Shown here piece after piece: positions 1 through 11,471 of a DNA stretch of 64,000 bases. The position numbers and the translations under genes were made by a program. Under the pieces are notes generated by a model. The model had not been told where the DNA came from, did no database searches, and was given only the letters and a program-made list of their open reading frames with translations. This DNA is from Spirochaetia bacterium (GTDB taxonomy: Bacteria; Spirochaetota; Spirochaetia; WTKD01; G963693115): positions 65,919 through 129,918 of the forward strand of contig CBDAKK010000004.1 of NCBI GenBank assembly GCA_965196605.1, read 5' to 3'. Within the stretch, counting starts at the first letter, position 1. The number at the start of each line of letters is the position of its first letter.

Positions 1-40
1 TTTTTTATTTTGTTGGTTGTACTGCATATAATAATTATAT

Positions 41-916
41 ATGTTACGCATTATTTTACTTGTTAAAGGTTGCTTACTCGGCGTGACGGCAGTTATTCCC
101 GGAGTAAGCATAGGGACTATGGCACTGGTGCTTGAAGTCTACCAAAAAAGCGTACAGTCCATGATGGTATTTATAAACCCGCGTAACTGGCGGAACACAA
201 GGCTTTGTAAAAACGCCCTGTTGTTTTTGCTACCGCTCGCACTAGGCGCCGTTGGCAGCATGTTTGTAGCCTCAAAGCTGCTTCTCACCTTGTTTGAACA
301 CGATGGCGTTTTTTTGCGCTTTGTATTGTTGGGCATACTATGCGGTAGCATTCCACACCTTTTTAAAAACTACATTGTCCCACAATACCGCGGCACGGCA
401 TGGCTGTGGTTTTTGGTTTATTGCGCAGTAGGACTCATGCTTATATTTTTTTTAAGTAGCGCAAGCAAACCGAGTGTACAAAGCACGACTGTAGCTTTTT
501 CGCTAGCGCAGGCCATGCAAGCGCTTGTTTACGGCGCAATAAGTGCTGCCACAGGGCTGGTTCCGGGCATTAGCGGCTCATACATGCTTTTGCTCATGGG
601 CTACTACGAAACTTTTTTGCACATCATAAGCACACCCCAACCAGCACTGCTAGCCTTTTTTCTCTTCGGCAGTCTCATTGGGCTTATATGCATGGCGGCG
701 CTTGTCAATTTTTTGTTTACCAAATTTCCCGCTGCTTCCTATGCCGTAGTCCTAGGAATTGTAGTGGGCTCTCTCTTTCGGGTAGTCCCCGCAGAAAAAA
801 TTTTGCTCCTTACAATACCTCAGTTTCTGCTAGCCTTTGTGTGCGTTTTCTTAGGCGCATTTCTTATTACCACACTCAGCGCAATTCACGCTTCATCCCG
901 CACAATACGCAACTAA
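41..916 (+). CDS. DUF368-family membrane protein (undecaprenyl-phosphate translocase-like)
   Basis: Polytopic hydrophobic protein with the two internal motifs IPGVSIGT and VPGISGSYMLLLMG typical of DUF368. Confidence 0.8.
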   Translation: MLRIILLVKGCLLGVTAVIPGVSIGTMALVLEVYQKSVQSMMVFINPRNWRNTRLCKNALLFLLPLALGAVGSMFVASKLLLTLFEHDGVFLRFVLLGILCGSIPHLFKNYIVPQYRGTAWLWFLVYCAVGLMLIFFLSSASKPSVQSTTVAFSLAQAMQALVYGAISAATGLVPGISGSYMLLLMGYYETFLHIISTPQPALLAFFLFGSLIGLICMAALVNFLFTKFPAASYAVVLGIVVGSLFRVVPAEKILLLTIPQFLLAFVCVFLGAFLITTLSAIHASSRTIRN

Positions 917-999
917 CATAATAGGACAACCCCGCGAGTTGCCAAACAGCGTGCTTCATGCAGGGCTCGCGACGTGAGTATGACGCTCTTGTGCGCTAC

Positions 1000-1740
1000 G
1001 CTCATGGCTTTTTTTCTTTAGTACGTTTTTCATACTTGCGCACAGTATCTATGTCATGACTGCTTTAGCACACAGCAGGCTTTTTTTCTTTTTTTTGGTT
1101 CTTGCTATAAGCTCCATTGCTGTGTTGCACCGTCCATGGGACGAGCGACCGCTCCGCTCCATGTAACGTTTCTAGCCGCTCGCGCTTGTAGCGTTCCCGA
1201 CTCTTTTTTGGGTTCTTTTTTTCTCTTTTTGATGCAAGCTCCATGTTTGCACCGCACAGCGGTGCTTATGCAATAGTTTGCATCCCCTCGCTTCGCTCGT
1301 GAGCGTCCTCACAGCCGCCCCATGGATGGTGAGCGGCGCACTCACCCACACTTATTTCCATACAATCTTCATACTTGCACACAGTATTCTATGTCATGAC
1401 TGCTTTAGCTCACAGGATGTTTTTTTCTTTTCTTTGGTTCTTTCTTTGGTGCAAGTTCCATGTTTGTGCCGCATCGCGGCACTTATGCAGTAGTTTGCAC
1501 CCGTTCGCTACGCTCTCGACTCTTTTTGCGTCATCACAGCCGTCCCATGGACGGGACGCATTGGCTGCCAAGGATGGTAAAAAAGAAAAGAAAGAACGGC
1601 CAACCGAAGTGTTTGCATGGTGCATTCCAAGTCTTGGCAACCAGAGTCGTTCACAAAAACAGCGTTAGCAAAATTGCGGTAGCTCGCACGCGCATAGCAC
1701 AGCACCGCGTCTTACCCCAAGGGGGGTGTGCCCCCCCCTA
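1000..1740. repeat. Composite modular hairpin-repeat locus R1 (modules A, B, B', D)
   Basis: Module A (catacttgcgcacagtatctatgtcatgactgctttagc) at ~1031 and ~1370; hairpin B at ~1230-1300; hairpin B' at ~1448-1525; module D (gcgtcttaccccaagggggg) at ~1706-1726. All recur elsewhere in the window. Confidence 0.85.
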
Positions 1741-2325
1741 GCACAGCAACCGTAACCTTTACATTACATGGAGGCATCTTAAATGGAGATGCAAAAAATA
1801 ATACGCTTATCCTCACAGCAGGTCAAAGCTTGCACGATGTCAAGATAGATGGAAAATTCCAACATTCATTAAAAACGAGAAGCTTTGTATTCAGTTTTGA
1901 GCACAATGGTGTAAAGTATGAAAAAGACACACCAATTACTTCTGATATAAGCTTGTCGGTCATATGGCACGATACATGTACCGCTGGAACGACTAAGAAA
2001 CCAAAAGACAGGGGAGCATTAGACGCACTGCTTAAAAACGCTACCAAAAACACTCCTAGCCCCAATCTCAACCACATTGACACCTCAGCCATCACCGACA
2101 TGAGTGATTTATTTACAAACCACTACACATTCAATGTGTGACATAAGCTGCTGGAACACGTCCAATGTCACGGATATGGGCTACATATTTTATGATGCTA
2201 CAGCTTTCAACCAAGACCTGAGTGGCTGGAAGGTAAGTAGTGTGACTAACCGGGATAATATTTTCACAGGTGCGACAGAAATGGAAAAAAAGAAAAACAA
2301 GAGCAAATGGCCGAAATTCAGATAA
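1728..2325 (+). pseudogene. 5'-truncated, frameshifted surface protein: Listeria-Bacteroides-repeat-like domain plus DUF285 (BspA-type) repeats
   Basis: LNHIDTSAITDMSDLF..TFN / DISCWNTSNVTDMGYIFYDATAFNQDLSGWKVSSV are DUF285 repeats. An extra base at ~2137 (aatgtgtgac instead of aat ggt gac) splits the ORF. No signal peptide or real start; the 5' end abuts a repeat module. Confidence 0.75.
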
Positions 2326-2377
2326 CACTGCGTAAGCTACTAAGGTAGGGTTGTGATGTAAGGTGAGCCTTGTGAGA

Positions 2378-2480
2378 GGGCAAGCTCCCCCCACACACAT
2401 ACCCTTGGGGTATGACGCAGCATTGTGCTACGCGCGTGCGAGCTACCGCAATTTTGCTAAAGCAGTGTTGCATGAACGTT
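2378..2480 (-). repeat. Inverted copy of repeat module D
   Basis: The reverse complement of 2402-2460 matches 1665-1723 (ttagcaaaattgcggtagctcgcacgcgc...taccccaaggg). Confidence 0.85.
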
Positions 2481-2612
2481 TTTGTGAGAGGAAGCGTTCT
2501 CCAAAATACAAATATTAAATTTTCATGAAATTTTCATTTCTCTATTGCAATGATCAAGCAATAAATATATAATTATTTTTGGGCATTTTATTATTTAAAG
2601 TGAGGTTGCCGT

Positions 2613-4903
2613 ATGAAATATCGTATTTTATTTGCATGTGTGTATCTTGCATCAACAGTCCTTAGCTGTGACTCTGAAAAGTTGCTTCCAGAAGTACGGC
2701 TACATCCACCAAAGATAGAGTATTCGCTTTTTAAAAAAAATACAATGATATTGAAGTGGGGAATACGCAAGACCAAGGAAGAAATACTAGGATATAGAAT
2801 TTCATACAAAGCTACAGAAAATGAGCAAGCAGGCCAACGCTTAGTTTCAGCAAAAGCATTAGGACATAATTATGAATTGACAGGCTTAGTAGAAGGAATC
2901 CCATATAAAATAAAAATACAAGCAGTGTATGATACGTATAGTGGTGAGTGGTCAAAAGCTGTGGAGGGAGTAACAGGTAAACCTGAAACAGTGCAAGGCT
3001 TTACGCTTAAAAAAAAGACTGGATTTTAGAAGTTTCATGGGATAAAAATACCACAAATAAAAAAAAGGATTTAACCATAAAGAAGTACGATGTAACATGT
3101 TTCAATGAGAAGAATAAGACAAACCAGCAAACGATCACCACAAATTTTGCCGATCAAACTAACTATGCAACAAGCACAAGCACGTTAAAATTAACTGCTG
3201 GCACCTATTTATGCAAAATGCAAACAACAACAAACACAGGAATAAAAAGCGATAGTGTAAGCGCTAAAGTTGAAATTGCCGATATAGAAAAACCCGTGTT
3301 TAATAGAACAGCTGCTCCGTGGGGAACTGCGATTAGTTTTATGAAAAGTTTTCAACACAGGTACAAATTGGAAGACGACAAAAGTGGTCTTGTTACATGT
3401 AAGGAATGTGGAGATAACTCACAAAGCGAAGTACAAATAGAAGCGATCTACCCTGTTACGGATGTGATAATCATAGTAAGCCGGGACGGCTATCAGAAAG
3501 AAATAAAAAGTGAAAAAATTGAGTTTACAGAACAAGCCGGGGTCGCAGTAAAACCTAACTTAAGTTCTACGTCAGAAGTTTGGGGAAAACCAATTACTTT
3601 TATCGCAAAAGACAATTACATATATACATTACAGGGGAATACAACTGGTGTTAATCTTGATACAAAAACACAACAAGGAATAATTACTGCAACACAAGGG
3701 GCGAAGGGACTAACAATTGTAGCAACACGCAAAGCAGACAATAAATACTTTAAGGCGAGTACAGCAAGCGATACGTTTGAATTTAAAAAGAAAGTAAGAG
3801 TAGCAAATAAGCCGCCTATTTTAAGTTCTACATCAGAAGTTTGGGGGGGGAAACAAATTACTTTTACCGTAGAAAAAGATTACGAATATACATTACAGGG
3901 CAATACCACCGGTGTTAATTTTGATGCAAACAATGGAATCATTACTGCAACACAAGGGGCGAAGGGACTAACAATTGTAGCAACACGTAAAGCAGACAAT
4001 AAGTACCTTGCGGCAAGTGCAACAAGCGGCACATTTACATTCACAAAACAAACAAAAACACCATCATCACCTACGTTTAGTTCTAAGACTGCAGCATGGG
4101 GAACCGAAATTACATTTACACGACAACGTAATCATGCCTACACCTTGAAGAATAAAAATCCAAACGGCAGTAAGTATAGCGCTACATTGAATTTAACCTC
4201 AACCACTGGGAAAATTACAGCGGATGGACCAGTGAACAATGTAGTAGTGAGAGTCACCAGAAACGAAGATGCTCAATACAAGACGAAAACTATAGACAGC
4301 GCTTCTGTTAGTTTTACAAAGCAAACAAAAGCACCGTCGCCACCCAAATTTAGCCCCCAAACAGCAGAATGGGGAACCACAATTACGTTTACACCTCAGC
4401 GTAATCATAGCTACATCTTGAAGAATAGCAACCCAAACGGCAGTAAGTATAGCGCTACATTGGACTCAAAGCAAGGAAAAATTACAGCGGATGGACTAGT
4501 GAACAATGTAGTAATTACAATAACGCGACATGAGGATGCACGATACAAGACAGCAAGTGTAAGCGCTACAGTTAATTTCAAGAAAAAAACAAATGCAGCT
4601 ATAAAGCCTAACTTTAACACTTAAAAGGCAATCACAAAAAAAGAAATTACTTTTACCGCAAAACCTAAGCATAACTATAGCTTAAAGAATAGTGCGAGCA
4701 ACGCTACACTAAAGAGAACGGGAAATAAAATAATAATTACATCTCAGAACACAACACGGGCAATAGCTGTAACAACGCGTGACGCAGACGACAAACACGA
4801 AGCGGCTACAAGAGAAGATATAATTGAGTTTAGAAGGTGGTGCAGTAACAACTTAGGTAATCGCATACCACAAATTGGACCCCGCTGCTTCAACCACCCT
4901 TGA
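2613..4903 (+). pseudogene. Interrupted surface lipoprotein with FN3-like domains and ~90-aa beta-rich tandem repeats
   Basis: Lipobox VLS-C and FN3-like ..YELTGLVEGIPYKIKIQAV. Restoring one T in ggattttaga (~3025) gives GFLEVSW and joins the 3218 frame. After the in-frame TAA at 4622-4624 the same repeat type (EITFTAKPKHNYSLKN) continues to TGA 4901-4903. Confidence 0.7.
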
Positions 4904-5060
4904 GAAAAGCACACATACAATGATGTAAAAACTTAATGCGGGGTCACTACGCACGCTAAGAGTAAAACTTTAGCACCACTAAGCTAAGGGGCTTTGTTAG
5001 TTGTACCAAAAGTTTGATACAATATAAATTACGTATTGTGTGAATGTTTGGAGAGTGTGT

Positions 5061-6137
5061 ATGAATTTTTATGTGGGCAGTTACAGTAGCGCTTCTGAAG
5101 GTACGCTCCATGAAGTGAACTTTGATGCGCTGATTAAAAGCGAGCAAGTGGGCGAGGTGTACTCAAGCATTGATGCGGGGCAGAATCCATCTTTTGTATG
5201 CGTACATAACACCGAGCGCGTGTTGTATGCCGTCAATGAATTGGATGAAAACCAAGATGGTGGGCATGGCAGGGTTATTGCATTACGTGAGCATGGGCAT
5301 GGCGAATACGAAAAAATTTCGGACTGTAGCACATTTGGAAACTACCCCTGCCATGTCTCGGTACACCAAAGTGGCAAACTACTTTTTGTTGCTAATTATG
5401 GCAGTAGCAGCCTATGCACGTATAAACTAGAGGGAAACGGTGGCATTGGAGCGCATGTGCAAACCTATGAATTTTCAAAACACTTTGTAGAAACGGGACC
5501 CCATGCGACACGACAAAAGCAATCGCGCGCGCATCAGGCTTTGTGCGCATTTGACGGCGCGCACCTTTTGGTAAGCGACCTTGGTTGCGATTGTATTTAC
5601 ACCTTTGCAGTTGCAGAGCAAGAGGAGCAACCTCTCAAGCTGGTACACATAAACCCAGCGCCGCGTGGTAGTGGACCGCGCCACATGGTTTTTAGCGCGT
5701 GCAAAAACTACCTCTACGTTTCAGCTGAGCTTTCTTCGTGCTTGTTGGTGTTTGGGTATAATGTCCACACGGGCGAGCTTACCTTTTTGCACGCAGTGCC
5801 CATGTTTTCTCATGAGGCAAGCCCTTACCCGCGCACCTACGCGGCTGAGGTCGCACAACATGGTCGCTACGTTTACATAAGCAACAGGGGTGATGACTCC
5901 GTATCAATTTTTAATGCAGAACAGGCCGAGTCTCCAAAGCTTGTACACAACATGGCCTGTGGAGGCAAGACCCCGCGTCATTTTAAGATATTTTCTCAGG
6001 CGTATTGGGGTGGCGAAGGCACCTTGGTGCTTGCAAATCAAGACAGCGACAGTCTGGTTTTTTTTGCAATTGTCGGAGATACGCTGGTAGAAAAACAGCG
6101 CATTGAAAACATTAAAAGCCCGTCAGTCGTGTGCTAA
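5061..6137 (+). CDS. pgl: 6-phosphogluconolactonase (beta-propeller lactonase family)
   Basis: Motifs NPSF, PCHVS, ANY, SRAH, DLG, GSGPRH, SNRG, PRHF and ANQ; GGAGAG ribosome-binding site before ATG 5061. Confidence 0.85.
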   Translation: MNFYVGSYSSASEGTLHEVNFDALIKSEQVGEVYSSIDAGQNPSFVCVHNTERVLYAVNELDENQDGGHGRVIALREHGHGEYEKISDCSTFGNYPCHVSVHQSGKLLFVANYGSSSLCTYKLEGNGGIGAHVQTYEFSKHFVETGPHATRQKQSRAHQALCAFDGAHLLVSDLGCDCIYTFAVAEQEEQPLKLVHINPAPRGSGPRHMVFSACKNYLYVSAELSSCLLVFGYNVHTGELTFLHAVPMFSHEASPYPRTYAAEVAQHGRYVYISNRGDDSVSIFNAEQAESPKLVHNMACGGKTPRHFKIFSQAYWGGEGTLVLANQDSDSLVFFAIVGDTLVEKQRIENIKSPSVVC

Positions 6138-6149
6138 GGCGCATAAGCG

Positions 6150-6545
6150 TTCCAAAATCTGGCGCCTTAGTCCCTAGGCGTGCCCACCCGCCGTGCCACC
6201 CTTTTTTGCGCAGTGGCGCCTTCTGTTTGCGCTCCGCAATCTGAATGTCAGCATCCTCTCGCTACGCTTGTGACTTTTTGGTTCTTTTTCATACTTGCGC
6301 ATAGTATCTATGTCATTACTGCTTTAGCACACAGCAGGCTTTTTTTCTTTTTTTTGGTTCTTTTTTTTCTTTTTTTGCATGCATAAAAAAAGAAAAAAAA
6401 GAACAGTCATCCGAGCGTATATCATAGTAGGCGCGGCTGCTTGACAACCAACAGCGTGAGCCATCGCACACACGGCGTGCAGCCTACACGCGCTTAAGCG
6501 CAGCACCGCGTCTTACCCCAAGGGGGGCGGGGGGGGCTCCACAGC
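6150..6545. repeat. Composite modular repeat locus R2
   Basis: ccttagtccct module, module A (~6290-6340), polyT/polyA hairpin (6357-6404) and module D (~6508-6526). Confidence 0.8.
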
Positions 6546-6601
6546 GAGCCTTACTTCATACGCGCTGTGCGAATGTAAGTAAATCTACAATAATAGAATG
6601 T

Positions 6602-7489
6602 ATGAACTCACAGAATCACGCAGAAGCAAACAGTGAACTATACAAAGAAAAAAAGGTTTTAGACAAGGGCTTTGTGCGCTTAGTCGACTTTATGGGTGAT
6701 GATGCGCGCATTGTGCAATCCGCACGCGTAAGTTATGGCGCGGGTACAAAAACCTTTCGGGAGGATAGAGGGCTCATACGCTATCTTTTGCGCAATGCGC
6801 ATACTTCACCATTTGAGCAGGTGGTGTTTACCTTTCACATTAAAATGCCCATTTTTGTTGCGCGGCAGTGGGTGCGCCACAGAACCGCGCGCTTAAACGA
6901 AATATCCGCGCGTTATAGCGTGATGAAGGATGAGTTCTATGTTCCTGCACATGAGGACATTAATATACAAAGCGATGACAACAAGCAAGCGCGAGGTGAT
7001 GCAAGTATTTCGAGGGACTTGCAGGAAAAAGTGCGTGAGGTGCTTGTGCATGGGCAAGCGCAAAGCTATGAGGCTTATAGCGCATTGCTGGAAGAAAACA
7101 TTGCACGGGAAATTGCCCGCATTGCGCTCCCTACGGCTTTGTATACCGAAATGTACTGGCAAATAGACTTGCATAATCTTTTTCACTTTTTGCGCTTGCG
7201 TATGGACGCGCATGCACAAATGGAAATTCGTGCTTACGCTGATGTGCTTTTTGCGCTTGTAAAAGAACTGTGTCCCTTAGCCTGTGAAGCTTTTGAAGAT
7301 TATGTGCTCGGGAAAGTGGAGTTTTACGCTTTTGAGCGTGAGGCACTTGCGCGCATTATCTTGCAGAGTGCCTTGAATGCAGACGCGCTAGCGACCATGG
7401 CGCAGGAGGCGGGCATAGAAAACAAAAAAGAGCGTGAGCGTTTTGTGGCAAAGCTGCTCTCAATGGTAGAGACACAAAAAAATAATTAG
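6602..7489 (+). CDS. thyX: FAD-dependent thymidylate synthase
   Basis: HTSPFEQ and the ThyX signature ARQWVRHRTARLNEISARY. Confidence 0.95.
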   Translation: MNSQNHAEANSELYKEKKVLDKGFVRLVDFMGDDARIVQSARVSYGAGTKTFREDRGLIRYLLRNAHTSPFEQVVFTFHIKMPIFVARQWVRHRTARLNEISARYSVMKDEFYVPAHEDINIQSDDNKQARGDASISRDLQEKVREVLVHGQAQSYEAYSALLEENIAREIARIALPTALYTEMYWQIDLHNLFHFLRLRMDAHAQMEIRAYADVLFALVKELCPLACEAFEDYVLGKVEFYAFEREALARIILQSALNADALATMAQEAGIENKKERERFVAKLLSMVETQKNN

Positions 7490-7504
7490 TAAATTTATAA
7501 AGCT

Positions 7505-7948
7505 TTGAGCATGCACAAGCAGTCGTTTGTTTCTTTTTTTGCGCGCATTGTTCGCATTGCAATGCATACAACCCGCGCAGGTGATTGGGTTATTGTGAGC
7601 ATGGCGCTTGCTGGGGTAGCTACGCTTGTTGTCTTTGCGTGGCATTGGAGCGCGGGGAAAGAAGCGCCATATGTGGAAATTACCACGGCAAATGGCACGT
7701 TTTTGTACCAGCTGGACCAAGCGCGCACTTTGAGTATCGACGGGCCGCTTGGCATAACGCGCGTTGTGATTGAGAAAAAAAGCGTGAATGTAATTGAGTC
7801 ACCGGGACGCAGACAAATATGCGTGAACGCAAAACCCATTACGAGGCAGAGGCAATGGCTTGCTTGCTTGCCAAACAGGGTTTTTCTGCGCATATACGGT
7901 AACACATCGCGTCATGAAGAAAACGCCATCGACGCCTTGAGTTTTTAA
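7505..7948 (+). CDS. NusG domain II-containing protein (Lin0431-like)
   Basis: N-terminal TM helix, then GPLG..ESP..QICV..I....QWLACLPNRV. Confidence 0.75.
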   Translation: MSMHKQSFVSFFARIVRIAMHTTRAGDWVIVSMALAGVATLVVFAWHWSAGKEAPYVEITTANGTFLYQLDQARTLSIDGPLGITRVVIEKKSVNVIESPGRRQICVNAKPITRQRQWLACLPNRVFLRIYGNTSRHEENAIDALSF

Positions 7949-8020
7949 ATAACAAATTCTAGGGTATAATGAAATAATGCAAATAATCAATAAAATTAAA
8001 CGGAATTATCACTTTATAGG

Positions 8021-8049
8021 TTGACATAAAAATACTACCTTGCTATATT
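8021..8049 (+). promoter_or_regulatory. Sigma70-type promoter overlapping the left IR
   Basis: TTGACA (8021-8026), 17 bp, then TATATT (8044-8049) with extended -10 TG; AGGAG RBS before ATG 8085. Confidence 0.75.
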
Positions 8050-8084
8050 AAGTATAACGAACACAAATAAAGCAAGGAGTACCT

Positions 8085-8966
8085 ATGAACATTATACAGA
8101 TATTCAAACAATTTCCAACACAAGAAAGTTGCGTAAAGCATCTTGAGCAATTACGGTGGGGTGATAAGCCACGATGTGCGTATTGCAATAGCGAAAACAC
8201 TTACCCACTTAATTATAAGTCGCAGTACAGACATCACTGTAACACATGCCGTAAGTCATTTAGCGTAACAGTTGGTACAATTATGCACGACACGCGCTTA
8301 CCATTACAAAAATGGTTTCTCGCAATATCGCTCATTCTCAATGCAAAGAAAGGGATATCGAGCATGCAGTTAGCAAGAGAGTTAGAAATTCCACAGAAGA
8401 CAGCATTTTCATTGTCTCACAGAATACGCAAAGCTATGAAGGAGCAAGACGGGGAGTTGCTTAGAGGCATCGTAGAAATGGACGAGACATACGTAGGAGG
8501 TAAGCCACGCAAGAGTAGCAAGGATGACGACACGCAACATCCACGAGGGCGAGGAACAAACAAAGAATGTGTGGTCGGTATGATTGAGCGTGAAGGTAAA
8601 GTGAAAGTGGAGCACGTTGACAAAATTAGATTGCGCGCCAAGGGGCTTAAGAGCTTAGTGCGCAAGTACGTAGACACGACATGTGCTACACTTATCACAG
8701 ATGAGTACAAAGGGTACATGAGTATGCACAAGCTTATTGATCACTTGCAGGTCAATCATCAACGGGAGTATGTGAGTGGTGGTGCGGTACACACCAATAC
8801 CATTGAAAGCTTTTGGGCTATTCTTAAGCGCGGTATACTAGGTAACTTTCACAAAGTTAGTAAGAAGTACTTGACCAAGTACATAGATGAATTCACGTAC
8901 AGGTTCAATAATCGTCATAATACAGCGGCATTTCATGGACTGCTAAGCAATTTGTTAGGAAATTAA
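8085..8966 (+). CDS. IS1595-family (ISXO2-like) DDE transposase
   Basis: N-terminal Zn ribbon CAYC..CNTC; EMDETYVGG, TDEYKGY, HTNTIESFWAILKR, YIDEFTYRFN. Confidence 0.95.
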   Translation: MNIIQIFKQFPTQESCVKHLEQLRWGDKPRCAYCNSENTYPLNYKSQYRHHCNTCRKSFSVTVGTIMHDTRLPLQKWFLAISLILNAKKGISSMQLARELEIPQKTAFSLSHRIRKAMKEQDGELLRGIVEMDETYVGGKPRKSSKDDDTQHPRGRGTNKECVVGMIEREGKVKVEHVDKIRLRAKGLKSLVRKYVDTTCATLITDEYKGYMSMHKLIDHLQVNHQREYVSGGAVHTNTIESFWAILKRGILGNFHKVSKKYLTKYIDEFTYRFNNRHNTAAFHGLLSNLLGN

Positions 8967-8969
8967 AAG

Positions 8970-11471
8970 ATGCTGGGTATAGATTTTGCCACAGGAAAAA
9001 AAATTAATACCAATCTTCCTGAAGAAAAAACAAGACAAAAATATGAGCAAATACTCTGCCAAGATTATGATTATCCTAAAAAAAATATTGATATAGAAGT
9101 TACTATACAACGAGGTAGTCAAAGAAAAGAAAAAGCAGACATCGTGATTTTTAATGATTCTGTCAATAGGGAACAACACAAAGACATATTAGGCATAGTT
9201 GAAACAAAAAGTATTGATAAAAAAGATGGTGTTGCCCAATTGATAAGTTATATGTCAGCGTGTTCATGTACATGGGGAGTTTGGACTAATGGGGAAGACA
9301 TTGAGTATTTATATAAGTCTGCAGATGGTCAAGTAAAAAAAAATTTTATATTTAATATTCCAAAATATGGCGAAAGTATAGAGACAATAGGATATTTCGA
9401 TAAATCAAAATTAAGACCAATAAAAAACTTAAAACCTATCTTTAAAAAGATACTAACCACCTTGTATTCCAATACAAATATTAGTAGAAAAGAAAAGCTA
9501 GGCAGCGAGATGATAAAGATTATTTTTTGTAAACTATGGGACGAAAAATATAAAAGAAATAGCATACCCGATTTTAGATTTGAGCAGAAAAAAACAAACG
9601 ATTTATTAAAAAATGAGTATAGTAAGTGTGCGAGTAGAATAAAAAAGCTTTTTTCTTCTGTCAAAGAAGATATAAAAGAGGACAATATCTTTCTTCCATC
9701 AGAAGGAATTACTTTAGATGACAAATCTATATCACAAGTTGTTGCAGAGTTGCAGAATTATTCTTTACTAAATACAGAGAAGGATGTAATAGGAGAGGCA
9801 TTTGAAGTATTTGCAGAAAGTAAGCTGGTTGGGGAGAAGGGGGAATTTTTTACACCTAGGGAAGTAATAAGACTTGCGGTAAACATTATAAAACCAACTT
9901 TAGGTAGTTTAATTATTGATCCAGCATGTGGGTCAGGCGGATTTCTTGTATATGTTTTAGATTATTTATGGAAGTCAATGATAAATGATAAAAGATACTC
10001 CACAAATGATGAAGTTTTATTTTCAATGCACAAAAAAGAAATGGCAGAAAAATGTATTTACGGAATTTATAAGGAACATGATTTAGTCAGAATTGCAAAA
10101 GCGTACATGACTATATTGGGGGATGGTAAAAGTAAAATAGTTCAAGAAAATACGCTACATCCATTACAAGAGTTTCAAACAAAGTCTAAGGAATTATTAC
10201 TAGAAGATAACCAACTAAAAAAATTTGATTATGTGGTAACCAACCCGCCATTTGGTTCAAAGATAAAAGTAAATAAACATGATAGTAAATATTTTGATTT
10301 AGGACACAAATATAAGTATGAAAAAGAGACTAATGCATGGGTGAAAACTGAAAAAGTAAAAGAAACTCCACCACAAGAGTTATTTATAGAAAGATGTATC
10401 AATCTTTTAAAAGATGGTGGTACATTAGCGATTATATTGCCTGAGACTTATTTCCATGCTCCAACGAAAAAACACATTTTACAATATATAAAACAACAAA
10501 TGAATATATCGCATATAATTGATTTGCCTCACAATACTTTCAGACCGTATTGTAACGCTAAAACTTGTTTATTAATAGCAAAAAAGCAGAAGCAACAAGG
10601 CAATATAGCTATGGGGATTGCCGAAAATATGGGACATGACCATCGAGGTGAAACAATCTATAGAGTAGACAAGCAAGGCCGCATAACTAATGAAATATGG
10701 GATGATACTAAAAACATAGAAAAAGAGTTAGAAAATATTGAAAATAAGAAAAATATATATACTTTTGCTTTGAAAAAAGATGAAATCAATTATGGAAGTA
10801 TTCTTGTTCCTAGATACTACTGGAAGCACAACATAACGCAATTAGAAGAAGAGGCAAAAAAACACAATATTGTATTGATACCTGTTCAGAAATTCATAGA
10901 TGAGAATATCATAAAAGTAGTATATCGTGGTCATGGATCGCCTAAGTCAGAACTGAAAGGATTTGGGGATATTCCTTATGTGCGTGTAGATGATGTTGTT
11001 AATTGGGGTGTGTATAAAAATCCTGCTTCCATGATACCAGAATCAGAATATAATAGAGTAAAGGGCAACAAAGAAAATCTACAGGAAAATGATATAATCT
11101 TTGTAAAAGAAGGTAGCTACAGAATAGGCAGCGTTGCTTTACTGACTAAGTATGATTTAGATGTTCTAGTAAATTCTCATTGCTACGTTTTACGAGTAAA
11201 TAAACAACATAATGATTATGGAATAGACCCACATTATTTAATGTACTTGTTTTCTAACCATATGACACAAAAGCAACTATACAACAAAATAATGATAGAT
11301 ACTACTTTGCCGAATATTGGGGAACGCTGGAGAGAATTATTATTACCTATACACAAATGTGAGAAAAAAAAAGAGCAAATTAAAAAAAGTATTAAAGACA
11401 TTTTTAATCATAAAAATGAAATAAACAAAGAAATGTCTATGTTGTCGGAATACGGGAAATTTATTACATAA
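8970..11471 (+). CDS. Single-chain restriction-modification enzyme (HsdR-N-type nuclease + N6-adenine MTase + TRD; type IIG-like)
   Basis: ADIVIF..IVETK..QLISY nuclease motif; GEFFTPR, DPACGSGGFL and TNPPFG; C-terminal HsdS-like TRD (DIPYVRVDD..DIIFVKEGSYRIG). Much more AT-rich than flanking genes. Confidence 0.85.
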   Translation: MLGIDFATGKKINTNLPEEKTRQKYEQILCQDYDYPKKNIDIEVTIQRGSQRKEKADIVIFNDSVNREQHKDILGIVETKSIDKKDGVAQLISYMSACSCTWGVWTNGEDIEYLYKSADGQVKKNFIFNIPKYGESIETIGYFDKSKLRPIKNLKPIFKKILTTLYSNTNISRKEKLGSEMIKIIFCKLWDEKYKRNSIPDFRFEQKKTNDLLKNEYSKCASRIKKLFSSVKEDIKEDNIFLPSEGITLDDKSISQVVAELQNYSLLNTEKDVIGEAFEVFAESKLVGEKGEFFTPREVIRLAVNIIKPTLGSLIIDPACGSGGFLVYVLDYLWKSMINDKRYSTNDEVLFSMHKKEMAEKCIYGIYKEHDLVRIAKAYMTILGDGKSKIVQENTLHPLQEFQTKSKELLLEDNQLKKFDYVVTNPPFGSKIKVNKHDSKYFDLGHKYKYEKETNAWVKTEKVKETPPQELFIERCINLLKDGGTLAIILPETYFHAPTKKHILQYIKQQMNISHIIDLPHNTFRPYCNAKTCLLIAKKQKQQGNIAMGIAENMGHDHRGETIYRVDKQGRITNEIWDDTKNIEKELENIENKKNIYTFALKKDEINYGSILVPRYYWKHNITQLEEEAKKHNIVLIPVQKFIDENIIKVVYRGHGSPKSELKGFGDIPYVRVDDVVNWGVYKNPASMIPESEYNRVKGNKENLQENDIIFVKEGSYRIGSVALLTKYDLDVLVNSHCYVLRVNKQHNDYGIDPHYLMYLFSNHMTQKQLYNKIMIDTTLPNIGERWRELLLPIHKCEKKKEQIKKSIKDIFNHKNEINKEMSMLSEYGKFIT

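Noticed and set aside
1000-1740. Integron attC cassette array
   Set aside because: The hairpins lack consistent RYYYAAC/GTTRRRY ends, flank housekeeping genes in both orientations, and no integrase is present.
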